The notes: generated by a model not told the origin, from the sequence alone. DNA of 64,000 nucleotides from Longimicrobiales bacterium (GCA_965248195.1 CBDFIQ010000002.1:1760001-1824000); one strand, 5' to 3'. Shown: positions 20,101-30,680, numbered from the stretch's first letter. A program made the numbers and translations.

Positions 20101-21536
20101 CCCCGCTCGGCATCCTGGGGAACGGAAGCGTCGTGATGGGGCTGGTGACGAGCGAACCCGCGCAGATCCTGTTCATCGGCAATCTCCTCCTGCTCGAGGG
20201 TGTGCCGCAACCGTTGGTCTCCAACTTGCTCAGTTGGCTGTTTTCTGCACCGGGTGGCGAAGGCCCGCTGGCCCCCGTCATCCAGTCCGTGAGCGTGTTT
20301 GACCAAACCACGGGAGCTTTCGGCTCCGCGACCACCCTGGAGGTGAGTTCGGCCGACGCCGTCCTCACGACTCGCGTCGCCATCACCGCCGGCGCCACCG
20401 GCGTGCAGTTTATCCAGATCGACTACCGCAGTCCGTCGGGTAAGCAGTTGCGGCGCCCTTGCTGGCCGTTCGGCACACTGATCTCGGGAAGTGATACGAA
20501 CGGGGACGGGGAGTGGGAATGCACCAACTTGTGGCCGCGCTACAGCGAGGCCGGATTATGGCAACCCACACTAGTTGCCGTCCAGGATCCCCTTGGAAAT
20601 TTCACCAGCTTCAGCAGCGGCGCCGACGGGCTCTGCGACGTCTCCGACCCCACCAACTGCTTTACGGGCATGCCCCAGATCACCGTGATCAGCGATCCCA
20701 CGGATATCAGTCCGCCGGTGCTCCTGTCTCTGGATGTGGGCCTCGACGTCCAGCCCCGGAGCTTCGGGTCCTCCATAACGGTCGATGCCGGAGCGCAGGC
20801 CCACCCGATCGTCTTCCGGTTCCATGCGACGGACGACCTCTCCGGCGTGGAGTCTCCCCATGAGCGCTTCATCGTTGTTTTGGGTGGGCCAAGTGGGCAA
20901 CGCCAGCAGCAGCGCAGCTGCTTCCTCACCGAGGGCACGCCGTTAGATGGCTTCTGGGAGTGCGCGTTCACCATTTCCCAGTTTGCCGAGGCCGGGACAT
21001 GGGGCTTGACCAGGCTCTTTGTGCCGGATCGCGTCGGTAACGACGGAATTCAGGAATCCGCGTCCTTCTACACGCCCAACGGCAGCGGGAGCCTCTGCCA
21101 GCCCGACGCAGACTGCGTGGCCGCGCCGACGGTGGAGGTAACAGGCGTCGGAGACGATGAGCCGCCCGTCCTCGGCTCTCTTGGTCTGAACGTGGTGGGC
21201 CCCACCGTGACGATCACGCTGGAAGCGACGGACAACCTCAGCGGCACCAACGAAGTGATCGTCCAATTCGACCACCCCGAGACCTTCCAGTCCGAACTCT
21301 GCTTTGCCAGCCTAACCGCCGGGACGTCCAACGACGGCACCTGGCAGTGCTCCATCACTTTCTCGGAGTTCGCCGCCCAGGGCGACTGGGTCCTGAGCTT
21401 CCTCACGCTGGTGGACGCTTCCTCCAACCGCAGGCTGCATCGGGGTAACGTCGACGAGGACGGCGTCCTATGCTACTCCACTCCGGCGGGCGACGTCTGT
21501 GAGGACTTCGGGAACACGGTGATCAACTTGCCATGA
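17183..21536 (+). pseudogene. Large surface lipoprotein (~1450 aa) with Ig/filamin-like and internalin-type LRR domains; frameshifted at ~19020-19027
   Basis: Lipobox FMLSC; DNGDGTYSAEY; FEDPALEAAIR LRR cap in ORF 17183..19231 continues as ITSLEGIQNLTNL LRRs in ORF 18735..21536. Confidence 0.8.
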
Positions 21537-21853
21537 CCTGAGGGGGAGGCCGGATTCGACACTAGTGTCTGGAAGGTAGGGGTCGGCCCAGGCAACCTTG
21601 GCTCGAGGGGTCATTGGACGAGGTGCAGATCTTCCATCGGGTGCTCAGCCAGCTCGAAATCGCCCCGATCTTTCTGACGGGGCAGCCGTGAGGACAGGCG
21701 TCCCATACAGCTGGCGTGCGTCGACTGCATAACCACGGACGGCCGACCAAAGCCCACTCGACGGCATGCTCGCGACATCTCGCCGCGTAGCGGGCCGATC
21801 CGTACCTTAGCCGCCCTTGCCTCGGGGACCTGCGCTTTTGCTGGAGGATTAAG

Positions 21854-22075
21854 ATGGTCCGCCGTGTCCCGATCCTGTTGGCTCTTCTTTTCATGCTGTC
21901 GTGCGACAGTGAAGCTCCCACCGGTCCCGAGGCGTTCGAGCCGGTCTCCGGAGTGGCGGACCTCGGGGCGTTCCTGATTCCGAAGGTGCTCTTGCTCGAT
22001 GAGGACGCGATCGGCAAGGGACTCGAGCCGAACTCGTTCGAAGAAGAGGACGTGAACGAGGAGATCGCGGGCATC
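21854..22075 (+). pseudogene. Truncated diverged copy of the 5' end (~73 codons plus upstream region) of the large lipoprotein gene
   Basis: MVRRVPILLALLFMLSCDSEAP…KVLLLDEDAIGKGL…DVNE closely matches 17183-17400. Confidence 0.85.
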
Positions 22076-22150
22076 GGGCGGACCAACCGGTCCCACGTGC
22101 GACCGGGATGGGGCGCGAATTCGAGCGCCGACACACTCTCTAAGCGGTGG

Positions 22151-23515
22151 CTAGAGGTCAGCCTCTCCCGCCAGCCACCCCGTACTCCCATCCGGTGACT
22201 GCACATAAAGGAACCCCTCATAACTCCCCAGCACGGCGACATCCGTGCCGGCCTCCACGTCCTCCATCACGGGTGCGACGGGACTCGGAGAACTGAACAA
22301 CGCGGACGTGCTCTCGACGAACTGGTTTCGAAGCGGCTCGGCGACCGCTTCCGTCAACCGGGCGGCGACGAAGCCGTCCCGTCCATTGGGAAGCCGGACG
22401 CGGTACCAGGAGCCTGAGGCGGCGAGAACATGGAGCGGCGTGGACTCCTCCAGTTCGGCGACGACCTCCGCGCGCGTACTGGGCCCGCCTCGGAGACGAA
22501 TGCCGCCATTGACCGTGCGAGTCCACTCCCCGAGGTGCTCCAGGGGGGCGGAGGCGTCCGGCAGGGTCTGCGACGGGTGAAACAGGTAGTACCACGGATC
22601 GACGGCGCCCCGGTTGTAGACGCTGAAGTGGAGATGGGGCGGCGTCGTGCGGGCGTTGCCGGTGTTGCCTACGAATCCCAGGACGGTCCCGCGCTCGACC
22701 TCCATCCCGGTTCGCACGACCTGACTATCGAGGTGGGCGTAGTAGATCCGTTGCTGCTCATCCGAATCACGGACCCAAACGACCTTCCCGCCGATGCGTG
22801 TGGTCTCGACCCTGTAAACCCGGCCGTTGGTCGCGGACAGGACCGGGGTTCCGCGGGGCGCGAAGATGTCCACGCCGCGATGACCTCGGCGGCCGCCGTC
22901 CCGGGAGTCACCAAAGAAGCTCAAGACGGCTCTCGTGTCCCGCCGCTCCATGGGAAACGCAAATGACGCGTCCACACGAAGCGTGACCCGGTACCGGCCC
23001 CCTCGCAGGAGCTCGGGTTGAAGCCTCACGACGTATTCGGCTCGCCGGGTAGAGACGTACTCGAGATCCACGGAGTGGAGCTCGGAGGACAGGACCGGGA
23101 GGGGACTCTGCGAGGCATCCTCCGGCATCCGGTACACGTCGATGAAGAACCGAAACGGAACCCCTCCGTCCAGATCCGCGTCGATGGAGAGCCGCTGGCC
23201 GCGCCTCAGCTCAACGCGATAGCTCCGGGCCTCGGGCGTCTCGGCAAACAGGAAGCCCTCCTCCTCGAACGGAAGGGTGATGGTCGGAGCGTTCCTCAGA
23301 GATCGCGTCGCGGCGCTGGTCCACTGCGCGCCGAGCGCGGTCTCTGATAACTTCATCGCACGCAGAGCCTCCTCATAGGCTTCATGAGGGGTCTGATCAC
23401 GAAGCTCATTCTGGATCTGATCGACCTGATCGCACGCAGTAAGCGATACAACGGCGAGGCACAGCCACGCCGTCCATCCCGAGCACGGGAGGCTCACGTT
23501 CTGGAGAAACCTCAT
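22151..23515 (-). CDS. M23-family peptidase lipoprotein with C-terminal SH3b-like domains
   Basis: Lipobox LTAC; HRGVD, YYAHL, PPHLHF M23 motifs; LRGGPST…WYRVRLPNGRDGFV SH3b. Confidence 0.9.
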   Translation of the reverse strand: MRFLQNVSLPCSGWTAWLCLAVVSLTACDQVDQIQNELRDQTPHEAYEEALRAMKLSETALGAQWTSAATRSLRNAPTITLPFEEEGFLFAETPEARSYRVELRRGQRLSIDADLDGGVPFRFFIDVYRMPEDASQSPLPVLSSELHSVDLEYVSTRRAEYVVRLQPELLRGGRYRVTLRVDASFAFPMERRDTRAVLSFFGDSRDGGRRGHRGVDIFAPRGTPVLSATNGRVYRVETTRIGGKVVWVRDSDEQQRIYYAHLDSQVVRTGMEVERGTVLGFVGNTGNARTTPPHLHFSVYNRGAVDPWYYLFHPSQTLPDASAPLEHLGEWTRTVNGGIRLRGGPSTRAEVVAELEESTPLHVLAASGSWYRVRLPNGRDGFVAARLTEAVAEPLRNQFVESTSALFSSPSPVAPVMEDVEAGTDVAVLGSYEGFLYVQSPDGSTGWLAGEADL

Positions 23516-23658
23516 AAAGACTTCATTTAATTGCTGCCCTCAACTCGAGTGGGCTATGGGAATCCATCGAACGACCCCTAAGTTTCGTCCCACTCTATAA
23601 CAATTCAACCGAATTGGCGAAATTCCTATGATTTCGGACTCCTCCTTCTCGATTCACG

Positions 23659-24939
23659 GTGGATCCCTTGGTACGCATCGCTGAAATTGAATCCGGTAGT
23701 ATCGCTGAAGATCTCCACCTGGAAATCGGTACGCGCATCATCCGAATCAACGGCCAACGGGTTCGGGACGGCATCGACCTCACCTTCCTCCTGGCCGACA
23801 CGTCGCTCGAGCTGGAAACGGTGGGCCCCGAGGGCGAGCCGGCCCTGTACGACATCGTGCGGGATCCGGGGGAACCCGTAGGGATCGTCCCCGCCCCCGA
23901 CACGATTCGGGAGTGTGGGAACAAATGCGTCTTTTGTTTCATCGATGGAAATCCGCAAGACGTTCGGGAGAGCCTGTGGCTGCGCGACGACGACTTTCGC
24001 CTCTCCTTCACGTACGGGACCTACGTGACGCTGACCAATCTGGGGCCGAAGGGGCTGGAGCGCTTGGTGGAGCAGCGCATCAGTCCGCTCTACGTGAGCG
24101 TGCACGCCACGGAACCCGAGGTCCGAGTCCGACTTTTGGTCAACGATCGTGCGGGCCTGATCATGGAACAGCTCCGTTACCTCACCCTAAACGGCTTGAG
24201 TGTTCACTCGCAGGTCGTGCTTTGCCCGGACTGGAACGACGGGGCTCATCTGGATCGAACCATGGACGATCTCTACGGCCTGGGTGAGGGTGTGCTTTCG
24301 CTCTCGATCGTGCCCGTGGGACTCACGAAATACAATCTCGGGCGTCCGGTCCGGCCCCTCACCAGAGAGGAGGCCCGGAAGGCGATCGGGCAGGTGGACC
24401 GGTTCCGTGAAAGAGCGATGCCCGAGCGCGGTATCGGGTGGTGTTACTCGGCGGACGAGCTCTACCTGATCGCCCAGCAGGACCTTCCCCAAGACGCCTA
24501 TTACGACGAGGGAGCCCTGGCCGAGAACGGCGTGGGAGCGCTCAATCGGTTCATACGCGAGTTCGACGAGGGCCTGGAGGGCGTCCCCGAGCTTGGGTAC
24601 CGGCGGTTGCGGCTCGTCACGGGGCGCTCCATGGAGCCTTTTTTCAGGGAACGGGCGGAACGGCTCGCGGGGGCGACCCACGCCGAGGTAGACGTCGTCA
24701 CCGTCGTGAACGATTTCTACGGAGAAAGCGTGACCGTGGCGGGGCTCCTAGCTGGTCGCGATATCCAAGCGAGTCTGGGGGCCACGGCGGCTGACGAGCT
24801 GCTTCTGCTTCCCGCCGAGGCCGTCAACGCGGATGGGCTGTTCATCGACAGCATGCCGTTGAGCGACCTGACGGCCGCCTTGGCTCCGGCCACCCTCGCG
24901 ACAGGGTACGAGATCACCGAGTGCCTCAAGGGTCTGTGA
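23659..24939 (+). CDS. DUF512 / PDZ-containing radical-SAM-like Fe-S protein
   Basis: CGNKCVFC, DDDFRLSF, SPLYVSVH, QVVLCP, ENGVG; usual position upstream of der. Confidence 0.9.
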   Translation: MDPLVRIAEIESGSIAEDLHLEIGTRIIRINGQRVRDGIDLTFLLADTSLELETVGPEGEPALYDIVRDPGEPVGIVPAPDTIRECGNKCVFCFIDGNPQDVRESLWLRDDDFRLSFTYGTYVTLTNLGPKGLERLVEQRISPLYVSVHATEPEVRVRLLVNDRAGLIMEQLRYLTLNGLSVHSQVVLCPDWNDGAHLDRTMDDLYGLGEGVLSLSIVPVGLTKYNLGRPVRPLTREEARKAIGQVDRFRERAMPERGIGWCYSADELYLIAQQDLPQDAYYDEGALAENGVGALNRFIREFDEGLEGVPELGYRRLRLVTGRSMEPFFRERAERLAGATHAEVDVVTVVNDFYGESVTVAGLLAGRDIQASLGATAADELLLLPAEAVNADGLFIDSMPLSDLTAALAPATLATGYEITECLKGL

Positions 24940-24992
24940 GCGCGGCGGCATGAGCGTTGAGGGCGTCATGACCCCTGAGGGCGACTCGAGCC

Positions 24993-26333
24993 GTGAGTAG
25001 GGGCGGGCAGGCCAAGGGCATCCCGATCGTCGCGGTCGTAGGCAGGCCCAACGTAGGTAAATCCACGTTTTTCAACCGGGTCATCGGCGGGCGCGTGGCC
25101 ATCGTCGACGACCGCCCCGGGGTCACCCGGGACCGGAACTTCGCGAAGACCGATTGGGCGGGGCGCCAGTTCTTCCTGGTGGATACGGGAGGCATCATCG
25201 AGGGGAGCGACGAGCCGCTGCATCGAGCGATCCGGGAGCAGGCGTATGCCGCGGTCCAGGAAGCGGACGTCATCCTGTTCCTCGTGGACGGAAAAGCGGG
25301 GGTCCACCCGCTCGACGAACGTCTGGCGGAGATCCTCCGCAAGAGTGGCCCACCGGTGCTTCTGGTCGTGAACAAGATGGACAACCTCCCGGGCGACGCA
25401 GGACATGTGGAATTCTGGAGCCTGGGGATGGGTGAGCCCATGCCCGTAAGTGCCATCTCTGGAAAGGGTTCGGGGGATCTGCTCGACGCGATTATAGCCA
25501 AGCTTCCGGAACAAGAGGACGTGCCCGAAGAGGAGGGCGTGGTCCGCGTGGCCGTCGTCGGCAAACCCAACGTGGGCAAGTCGAGCTTCGTGAACCGGCT
25601 CTTCGGAGAGGAGCGTGTGGTGGTGAGTGAGGTTCCCGGGACCACGCGGGATCCCGTGGACAGCCAAATGCAGTATCACGATCAGACGTTCGTTTTCGTG
25701 GACACGGCCGGGTTGCGCCGCCAGTCCAAGGTGAAGGACTCGCTCGAGTACTATTCCGCCCTCCGAACGGCCAAAGTGGTGAGAGAGGCCGACGTGTGCC
25801 TGGTTCTCGTCGACGCGACGGAGCCGATCCACGTGCAGGACCTCAAGGTGGTGGAGCAGGCCTGGGACGCGGGCGCCGGCGTCATTCTCGTGGCCAACAA
25901 ATGGGACCTGGTCGAGAAGGACCATATGACGGCGGCCAAGTTCGAAAAGGACCTCCGCTTGCGGGCTCCGTATCTCAAGTGGGTGCCGGTCATTTTCACG
26001 TCGGCCCTGTCGGGCCAGCGCGTGCGAAAATGCCTCGACCAGATCCTCGAGGTTCAGGATGTGCGGCACGAACGCATCCCGACGGCCGAGGTCAATCAGG
26101 CGCTCGAAGCGCTGCTGCGACACCAACCACCTCCGCATAGCCGGGGCCGCCGCGTGAAGCTCCGCTATGGTACGCAGGTATCCACGGCGCCCCCCACGTT
26201 CGTCTTCTTTGCCAATCTCCCGAAGGCATTGCCCGAACACTACATTCGCTACGTTCACAACAGCCTCCGCGAACGGTGGGGGTTCGTCGGGAGTCCTGTC
26301 CGGATTCGCTTCAGGGAGAATTCACCCAAATGA
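24993..26333 (+). CDS. der: Ribosome biogenesis GTPase Der
   Basis: Two G domains (GRPNVGKS/DTGG/NKMD and GKPNVGKS/DTAG/NKWD) plus KH-like C-terminus. Confidence 0.98.
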   Translation: MSRGGQAKGIPIVAVVGRPNVGKSTFFNRVIGGRVAIVDDRPGVTRDRNFAKTDWAGRQFFLVDTGGIIEGSDEPLHRAIREQAYAAVQEADVILFLVDGKAGVHPLDERLAEILRKSGPPVLLVVNKMDNLPGDAGHVEFWSLGMGEPMPVSAISGKGSGDLLDAIIAKLPEQEDVPEEEGVVRVAVVGKPNVGKSSFVNRLFGEERVVVSEVPGTTRDPVDSQMQYHDQTFVFVDTAGLRRQSKVKDSLEYYSALRTAKVVREADVCLVLVDATEPIHVQDLKVVEQAWDAGAGVILVANKWDLVEKDHMTAAKFEKDLRLRAPYLKWVPVIFTSALSGQRVRKCLDQILEVQDVRHERIPTAEVNQALEALLRHQPPPHSRGRRVKLRYGTQVSTAPPTFVFFANLPKALPEHYIRYVHNSLRERWGFVGSPVRIRFRENSPK

Positions 26334-27127
26334 GCCCCTTCGTGCTCCTGGCCCTGGCCTACGGTGCCGGCGCGACCCCGACGAGCCTTTGGCTGGGAAA
26401 GGCCGTGTACGGGGTCGATCTACGCACGAGGGGAAGCGGAAATCTCGGAGGCACCAACACCCTGCGAGTGCTCGGGTGGAGGGCGGCGCTTCCGGTGATT
26501 CTGGTCGACATCGGGAAGGGATGGTTCCCGGTCTGGTATTTTCCGCAGATCCAGCCCGCAACGTCCTCCTCCACATGGGCTCTGGCCTATGGTGGAGCGG
26601 CGGTCGTCGGACACGTTTTTTCGTTTTGGGTGGGGTTCAAGGGAGGGAAGGGGATCGCGACGAGCGGCGGTGTCCTCCTGGGCCTCGCCCCCATCGCGGT
26701 GGCGGTATGCCTCGGTGTTTGGCTCGGCGTCGTCTCGCTGACGCGCATCGTCTCGGTGGCCTCGTTGAGCGCCGCTGTGACGCTGCCCGCGGTCGTTTAT
26801 CTCCTGCCACAGCCGGAGGAGACAGCAGAGGGCACCGCGATGCTCTGGTTCGCGGGAGCGCTCAGTGTCTTCGTGGTGTGGTCCCACCGCTCGAATATCG
26901 GACGCCTCCTGAAAGGAGAGGAGGGTTCGTTCCGGAGAGCTGCACCGGAGGGCGGTTCGGAGCGGGGTCCGGAGCGGGGCCTTGAGGCCGAGCCCGAGCG
27001 GGGCCCCGAGGCCGAGGTCGAGCGGGACCCTGACACCGAGCCCGAGCCGGGTCCGGAGGACGGGCTCGAGCGGAGGCCCGAGCGCGGTGTGGAGCCTGGT
27101 CCTGAGACCGGTGAAGACCCGGCGTGA
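26330..27127 (+). CDS. plsY: Glycerol-3-phosphate acyltransferase PlsY with E/P/R/G repeat tail
   Basis: GSGNLGGTN, FKGGKGIAT, HRSNIGRL; ATGA overlap with der. Confidence 0.95.
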   Translation: MSPFVLLALAYGAGATPTSLWLGKAVYGVDLRTRGSGNLGGTNTLRVLGWRAALPVILVDIGKGWFPVWYFPQIQPATSSSTWALAYGGAAVVGHVFSFWVGFKGGKGIATSGGVLLGLAPIAVAVCLGVWLGVVSLTRIVSVASLSAAVTLPAVVYLLPQPEETAEGTAMLWFAGALSVFVVWSHRSNIGRLLKGEEGSFRRAAPEGGSERGPERGLEAEPERGPEAEVERDPDTEPEPGPEDGLERRPERGVEPGPETGEDPA

Positions 27128-28131
27128 CGCGCGTCGCGGTTGTGGGTGCAGGCGGCTGGGGAACGGCGCTTTCCGCCGTACTTGCAAAGAAGGGTCACGA
27201 CGTGTGCCTGTGGGCCTTCGAGCCGGAGGTGGCGGAGCAGATCACCCAACGGCGAGAGAATGTCCCTTACCTCTCCGGCATCGACCTTCCCGAGAACCTG
27301 AAGAGCACCGCGGATCTCGCGACGGCGCTTGGGGGCGCGGAAATCGTCGTATCGGTGAGCCCCGCTCAACTGGTGAGGCCCGTAATGGCGGAAGCCGCCC
27401 CGCACATCGCGGATGATGCCTTGATCGTCAGTGCCTCGAAGGGCATCGAAACCACGACGCTCCGCCGCATGGACGAGGTCATGGCGGAGGTGTTGAGCCC
27501 CGCTCAGATCACCGGATTCACGGTGCTCTCGGGCCCGAGCTTCGCCGTGGAGGTCGCGAGGGGGATTCCGACCGCGGTGGTCGCGGCCAGCGACAGCCCC
27601 GACGCCGCGCTAGTGGTGCAAGACCTGTTTCAAACGGAATATTTCCGTGTCTACACAGGGAGTGATGTCATTGGGGTGGAGCTGGGCGGAGCCTTCAAGA
27701 ACGTCATCGCGCTCGGGGCGGGGGTCGCGGCCGGCCTTGGCGGCGGCCTCAACACGCTCGCCGCGCTCATCACCCGGGGGCTCGCGGAGATGTGCCGTCT
27801 CGGCGTTGCCATGGGGGCCAAGGCGTCGACTTTTTCAGGCCTCACCGGCATGGGTGACCTCGTTCTCACCTGCACCGGCACCCTGAGCCGAAACCGCACG
27901 GTGGGCTATCGTCTCGGTCAGGGAGAGGCCCTCGAGGACATCCTCGGGGAAATGTCAGCGGTCGCGGAGGGGGTCGCGACCGCCCACGCCGTTCATGATC
28001 TCGCCGCCCGGTACGGGGTAGAGATGCCGATCGCCGAAGAGGTGTTCGGGTTGGTGAGCCTGGGCACCGACCCGGAGCAGGCGCTCAAGAACCTCATGGA
28101 ACGAGATCCCAAGCCTGAAGACTGGTCCTGA
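27124..28131 (+). CDS. gpsA: NAD(P)H-dependent glycerol-3-phosphate dehydrogenase
   Basis: GAGGWGTA, SKGIE, SGPSFA, KNVIA, GDLVLTC, SRNR. Confidence 0.97.
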   Translation: MTRVAVVGAGGWGTALSAVLAKKGHDVCLWAFEPEVAEQITQRRENVPYLSGIDLPENLKSTADLATALGGAEIVVSVSPAQLVRPVMAEAAPHIADDALIVSASKGIETTTLRRMDEVMAEVLSPAQITGFTVLSGPSFAVEVARGIPTAVVAASDSPDAALVVQDLFQTEYFRVYTGSDVIGVELGGAFKNVIALGAGVAAGLGGGLNTLAALITRGLAEMCRLGVAMGAKASTFSGLTGMGDLVLTCTGTLSRNRTVGYRLGQGEALEDILGEMSAVAEGVATAHAVHDLAARYGVEMPIAEEVFGLVSLGTDPEQALKNLMERDPKPEDWS

Positions 28132-28186
28132 GTCACGTGGTGCCCAGGATCGGATCCGAGGAACGCACGGGAGGGGATTAATACGA

Positions 28187-28564
28187 ATGAACACGGACGA
28201 GCCCATTGCGAAAAAGGTGTACTATTCGATCGGTGAGGTCTGCGATCTGACCGATTTGAAGCCCCACGTGCTACGGTACTGGGAGACCCAGTTCGAGCTG
28301 CTTCACCCTACGAAGAACCGGGCCGGAAATAGGGTCTTCCGCCCAAAAGAGATCGAGCTGATCCTTCTCGTGAAGCACCTTCTGTACGAGAAGAAGTTCA
28401 CGATCGACGGCGCGCGCCAACGCCTCCTGGATATGCGGAAGGGTGGCGAAATCGCCGAGGGCGGAAAAGAGGCTGTGAACCGGGATTTCGTCACGAGTAT
28501 GAAGGAGGAGCTGCTACAGGTGAAGGAGGTACTGGCGGCGCCGCCCAGTCGGCTCGATACCTGA
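28187..28564 (+). CDS. MerR-family transcriptional regulator
   Basis: YYSIGEVC…PHVLRYWE HTH. Confidence 0.9.
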   Translation: MNTDEPIAKKVYYSIGEVCDLTDLKPHVLRYWETQFELLHPTKNRAGNRVFRPKEIELILLVKHLLYEKKFTIDGARQRLLDMRKGGEIAEGGKEAVNRDFVTSMKEELLQVKEVLAAPPSRLDT

Positions 28565-29313
28565 TGCGCATCCTCTGCACCAACGACGACGGCTACTTGG
28601 CGCTAGGGATCGAGGTTCTCGTGTCCGCAGCCCGAGCACTCGGTGCGGTTACCGTGGTGGCTCCTGACCGGGAGCAGAGCGCAACCAGCAATTCGCTAAC
28701 GCTCCATCACCCGCTGCGCGTGCGCCGCTCCGCGGACGGGATCCTGGTCGTGGACGGGACGCCGACGGACTGTGTCATCCTTGCGGTCAACGAACTCATG
28801 GATGAGCGACCGGATCTCTGCTTCTCCGGGATCAACCACGGGTCCAATATGGGCGAGGACGTGCTCTACTCGGGCACGGTGGCGGGGGCGATGGAGGCGA
28901 CCGTGATCGGCATCCCCGCGATCGCCGTCTCATATGCGGGCGATGCGTTCGAGGACCTCTCGGACTGGGAGGACGTCGTCGCCTCCGTGCTCCGCGGAAT
29001 CATCGGAGCAGACGACTTTCCGGCCGACACCCTCTTCAACGTCAACCTCCCCCCGATCGATCCGACGCAGGTCAAGGGCGTACGGATCACCTCGCTCGGG
29101 AAACGGCGATACAGCGACAGCTTGACGAAGGCCGTCGACCCCTCCGGGCGGGAGTACTACTGGATCGGCGGGGGAGAAGTCAGTTGGACGGGGGCGGAAG
29201 ATTCCGACTTCACCGCCATTCGAGAGGGGTACGTCTCGGTCACCCCGCTCCACCTCGATCTCACCAACTACAAGCTCCTCGAGGAGATCCGTGGATGGCG
29301 GTTGAGCCTCTAG
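28564..29313 (+). CDS. surE: 5'/3'-nucleotidase SurE
   Basis: TNDDG, GTPTDCV, SGINHG, YSGTV. Confidence 0.97.
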   Translation: MRILCTNDDGYLALGIEVLVSAARALGAVTVVAPDREQSATSNSLTLHHPLRVRRSADGILVVDGTPTDCVILAVNELMDERPDLCFSGINHGSNMGEDVLYSGTVAGAMEATVIGIPAIAVSYAGDAFEDLSDWEDVVASVLRGIIGADDFPADTLFNVNLPPIDPTQVKGVRITSLGKRRYSDSLTKAVDPSGREYYWIGGGEVSWTGAEDSDFTAIREGYVSVTPLHLDLTNYKLLEEIRGWRLSL

Positions 29314-29990
29314 ACGAACGCAGTTTCGCCGGATATCGGCGAAAGCTCATAGAGCAGATCCGAGGACGTGGGATCGACGATCTGGCCATTCTCCAGCTCT
29401 TCGATCAGGTTCCCCGGCATCTTTTCCTGCCCGAGGGCGTGTGGCCCCGTGCTTACGAGGATGGACCCATCCCGATCGGATACGGCCAGACGGCGTCGCA
29501 ACCTTCGCTTCAGGCCCTCTACCTCTCGGTGCTCAAGACGGCGCCCGAAGACACGGTGCTGGAAATCGGGACGGGAAGCGGTTTCCTCACGGGCTTACTG
29601 GCGCTCACGGCGGACCGCGTCTATTCGGTCGAGCGGATCCGAGAGCTCTCTGCGCGGGCGCGAGCCGCGCTGGACCAGCTGGGAGTCAACAACGTCGCGC
29701 TCATGGTGGGTGACGGTACCATCGGCTGGCGGAAGTATGCCCCGTTCGACGTCATCGTGGTCTCAGCCGCGGCTCCGTCCATCCCGCCGGCGTTCATCGA
29801 GCAGCTGGCGGAGGGCGGGCGAATGCTCATTCCGGTCGGAATGCGAGAGCGTCAGGAATTGGTGCTGGTCCGGCGGCGGGATGGGGAGATCCATGAGGAG
29901 ACCATTCACGGAGAATGCACCTTCGTTCCCCTTCTCGGGCGCTTCGCATGGGCCTCAGAGACGTCGGAGACGTCGGAGGAGCCCATTTGA
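29295..29990 (+). CDS. pcm: Protein-L-isoaspartate O-methyltransferase
   Basis: VPRHLF, VLEIGTGSG, APFDVI, FVPL; follows surE. Confidence 0.95.
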   Translation: MAVEPLDERSFAGYRRKLIEQIRGRGIDDLAILQLFDQVPRHLFLPEGVWPRAYEDGPIPIGYGQTASQPSLQALYLSVLKTAPEDTVLEIGTGSGFLTGLLALTADRVYSVERIRELSARARAALDQLGVNNVALMVGDGTIGWRKYAPFDVIVVSAAAPSIPPAFIEQLAEGGRMLIPVGMRERQELVLVRRRDGEIHEETIHGECTFVPLLGRFAWASETSETSEEPI

Positions 29991-30631
29991 GCGAGCCTGC
30001 CACGGAAGGTCTCGCCCCCCCCGCTCAACCGAGACCCTCGGGGTGGGTGCGCCGCCTGTACGATTGGGTCTTGCGTTGGGCTGATACGCCTTATGGCGTC
30101 CAAGCGTTGGCCGTCCTCGCCCTCGTGGAGTCATCGGTCTTCCCCATCCCGCCCGATCCGCTCCTCATCGCGCTCTGCCTCGGCGCCACCGGGCGAGCCC
30201 CTCGTTTTGCGGCGGTCGCGACCGGGGCGTCGGTATTGGGTGGGATTCTCGGCTACGGCATCGGCGCCTTGGTGTGGCTCTCGGTGTCCGGCTTTTTCTT
30301 CGAGCAGGTCCCGGGGGTGACCCCCGAAGCGTTCGCCACCGTGCAGGGCCTCTACGATCGGTGGGGCTTTTGGGCCGTTTTCGTGGCCGGACTGACGCCG
30401 ATTCCCTATAAGGTGTTCACCATCGCCGCCGGTGTCTTCGCCATCAACTTTCCCGTCTTCGTGCTCGCCAGCACCCTGAGCCGCGGACTCCGCTTCTTTC
30501 TCGTGGCCGGCCTGATTCATCGCTACGGGGAGCCAATACGTACGTTTATCGACCGCTACTTCAACCTCCTCACTTGGGTCTTCGGATTCTTACTCGTTTT
30601 GGGATTTTTTCTGATCGAGGTCGTCCTGTAA
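29987..30631 (+). CDS. YqaA/DedA (VTT) family membrane protein
   Basis: ESSVFPIPPD, TPIPYKVF, RGLRFF; TTG start overlapping pcm stop inferred. Confidence 0.9.
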   Translation: MSEPATEGLAPPAQPRPSGWVRRLYDWVLRWADTPYGVQALAVLALVESSVFPIPPDPLLIALCLGATGRAPRFAAVATGASVLGGILGYGIGALVWLSVSGFFFEQVPGVTPEAFATVQGLYDRWGFWAVFVAGLTPIPYKVFTIAAGVFAINFPVFVLASTLSRGLRFFLVAGLIHRYGEPIRTFIDRYFNLLTWVFGFLLVLGFFLIEVVL

Positions 30632-30680
30632 GCTGAAATACATTTGTTTACAGCATCTCGGGGGCGTCCATATATTTCAA

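Noticed and set aside
24966..26258. 430-aa minus-strand ORF
   Set aside because: Antisense shadow of der in GC-rich DNA
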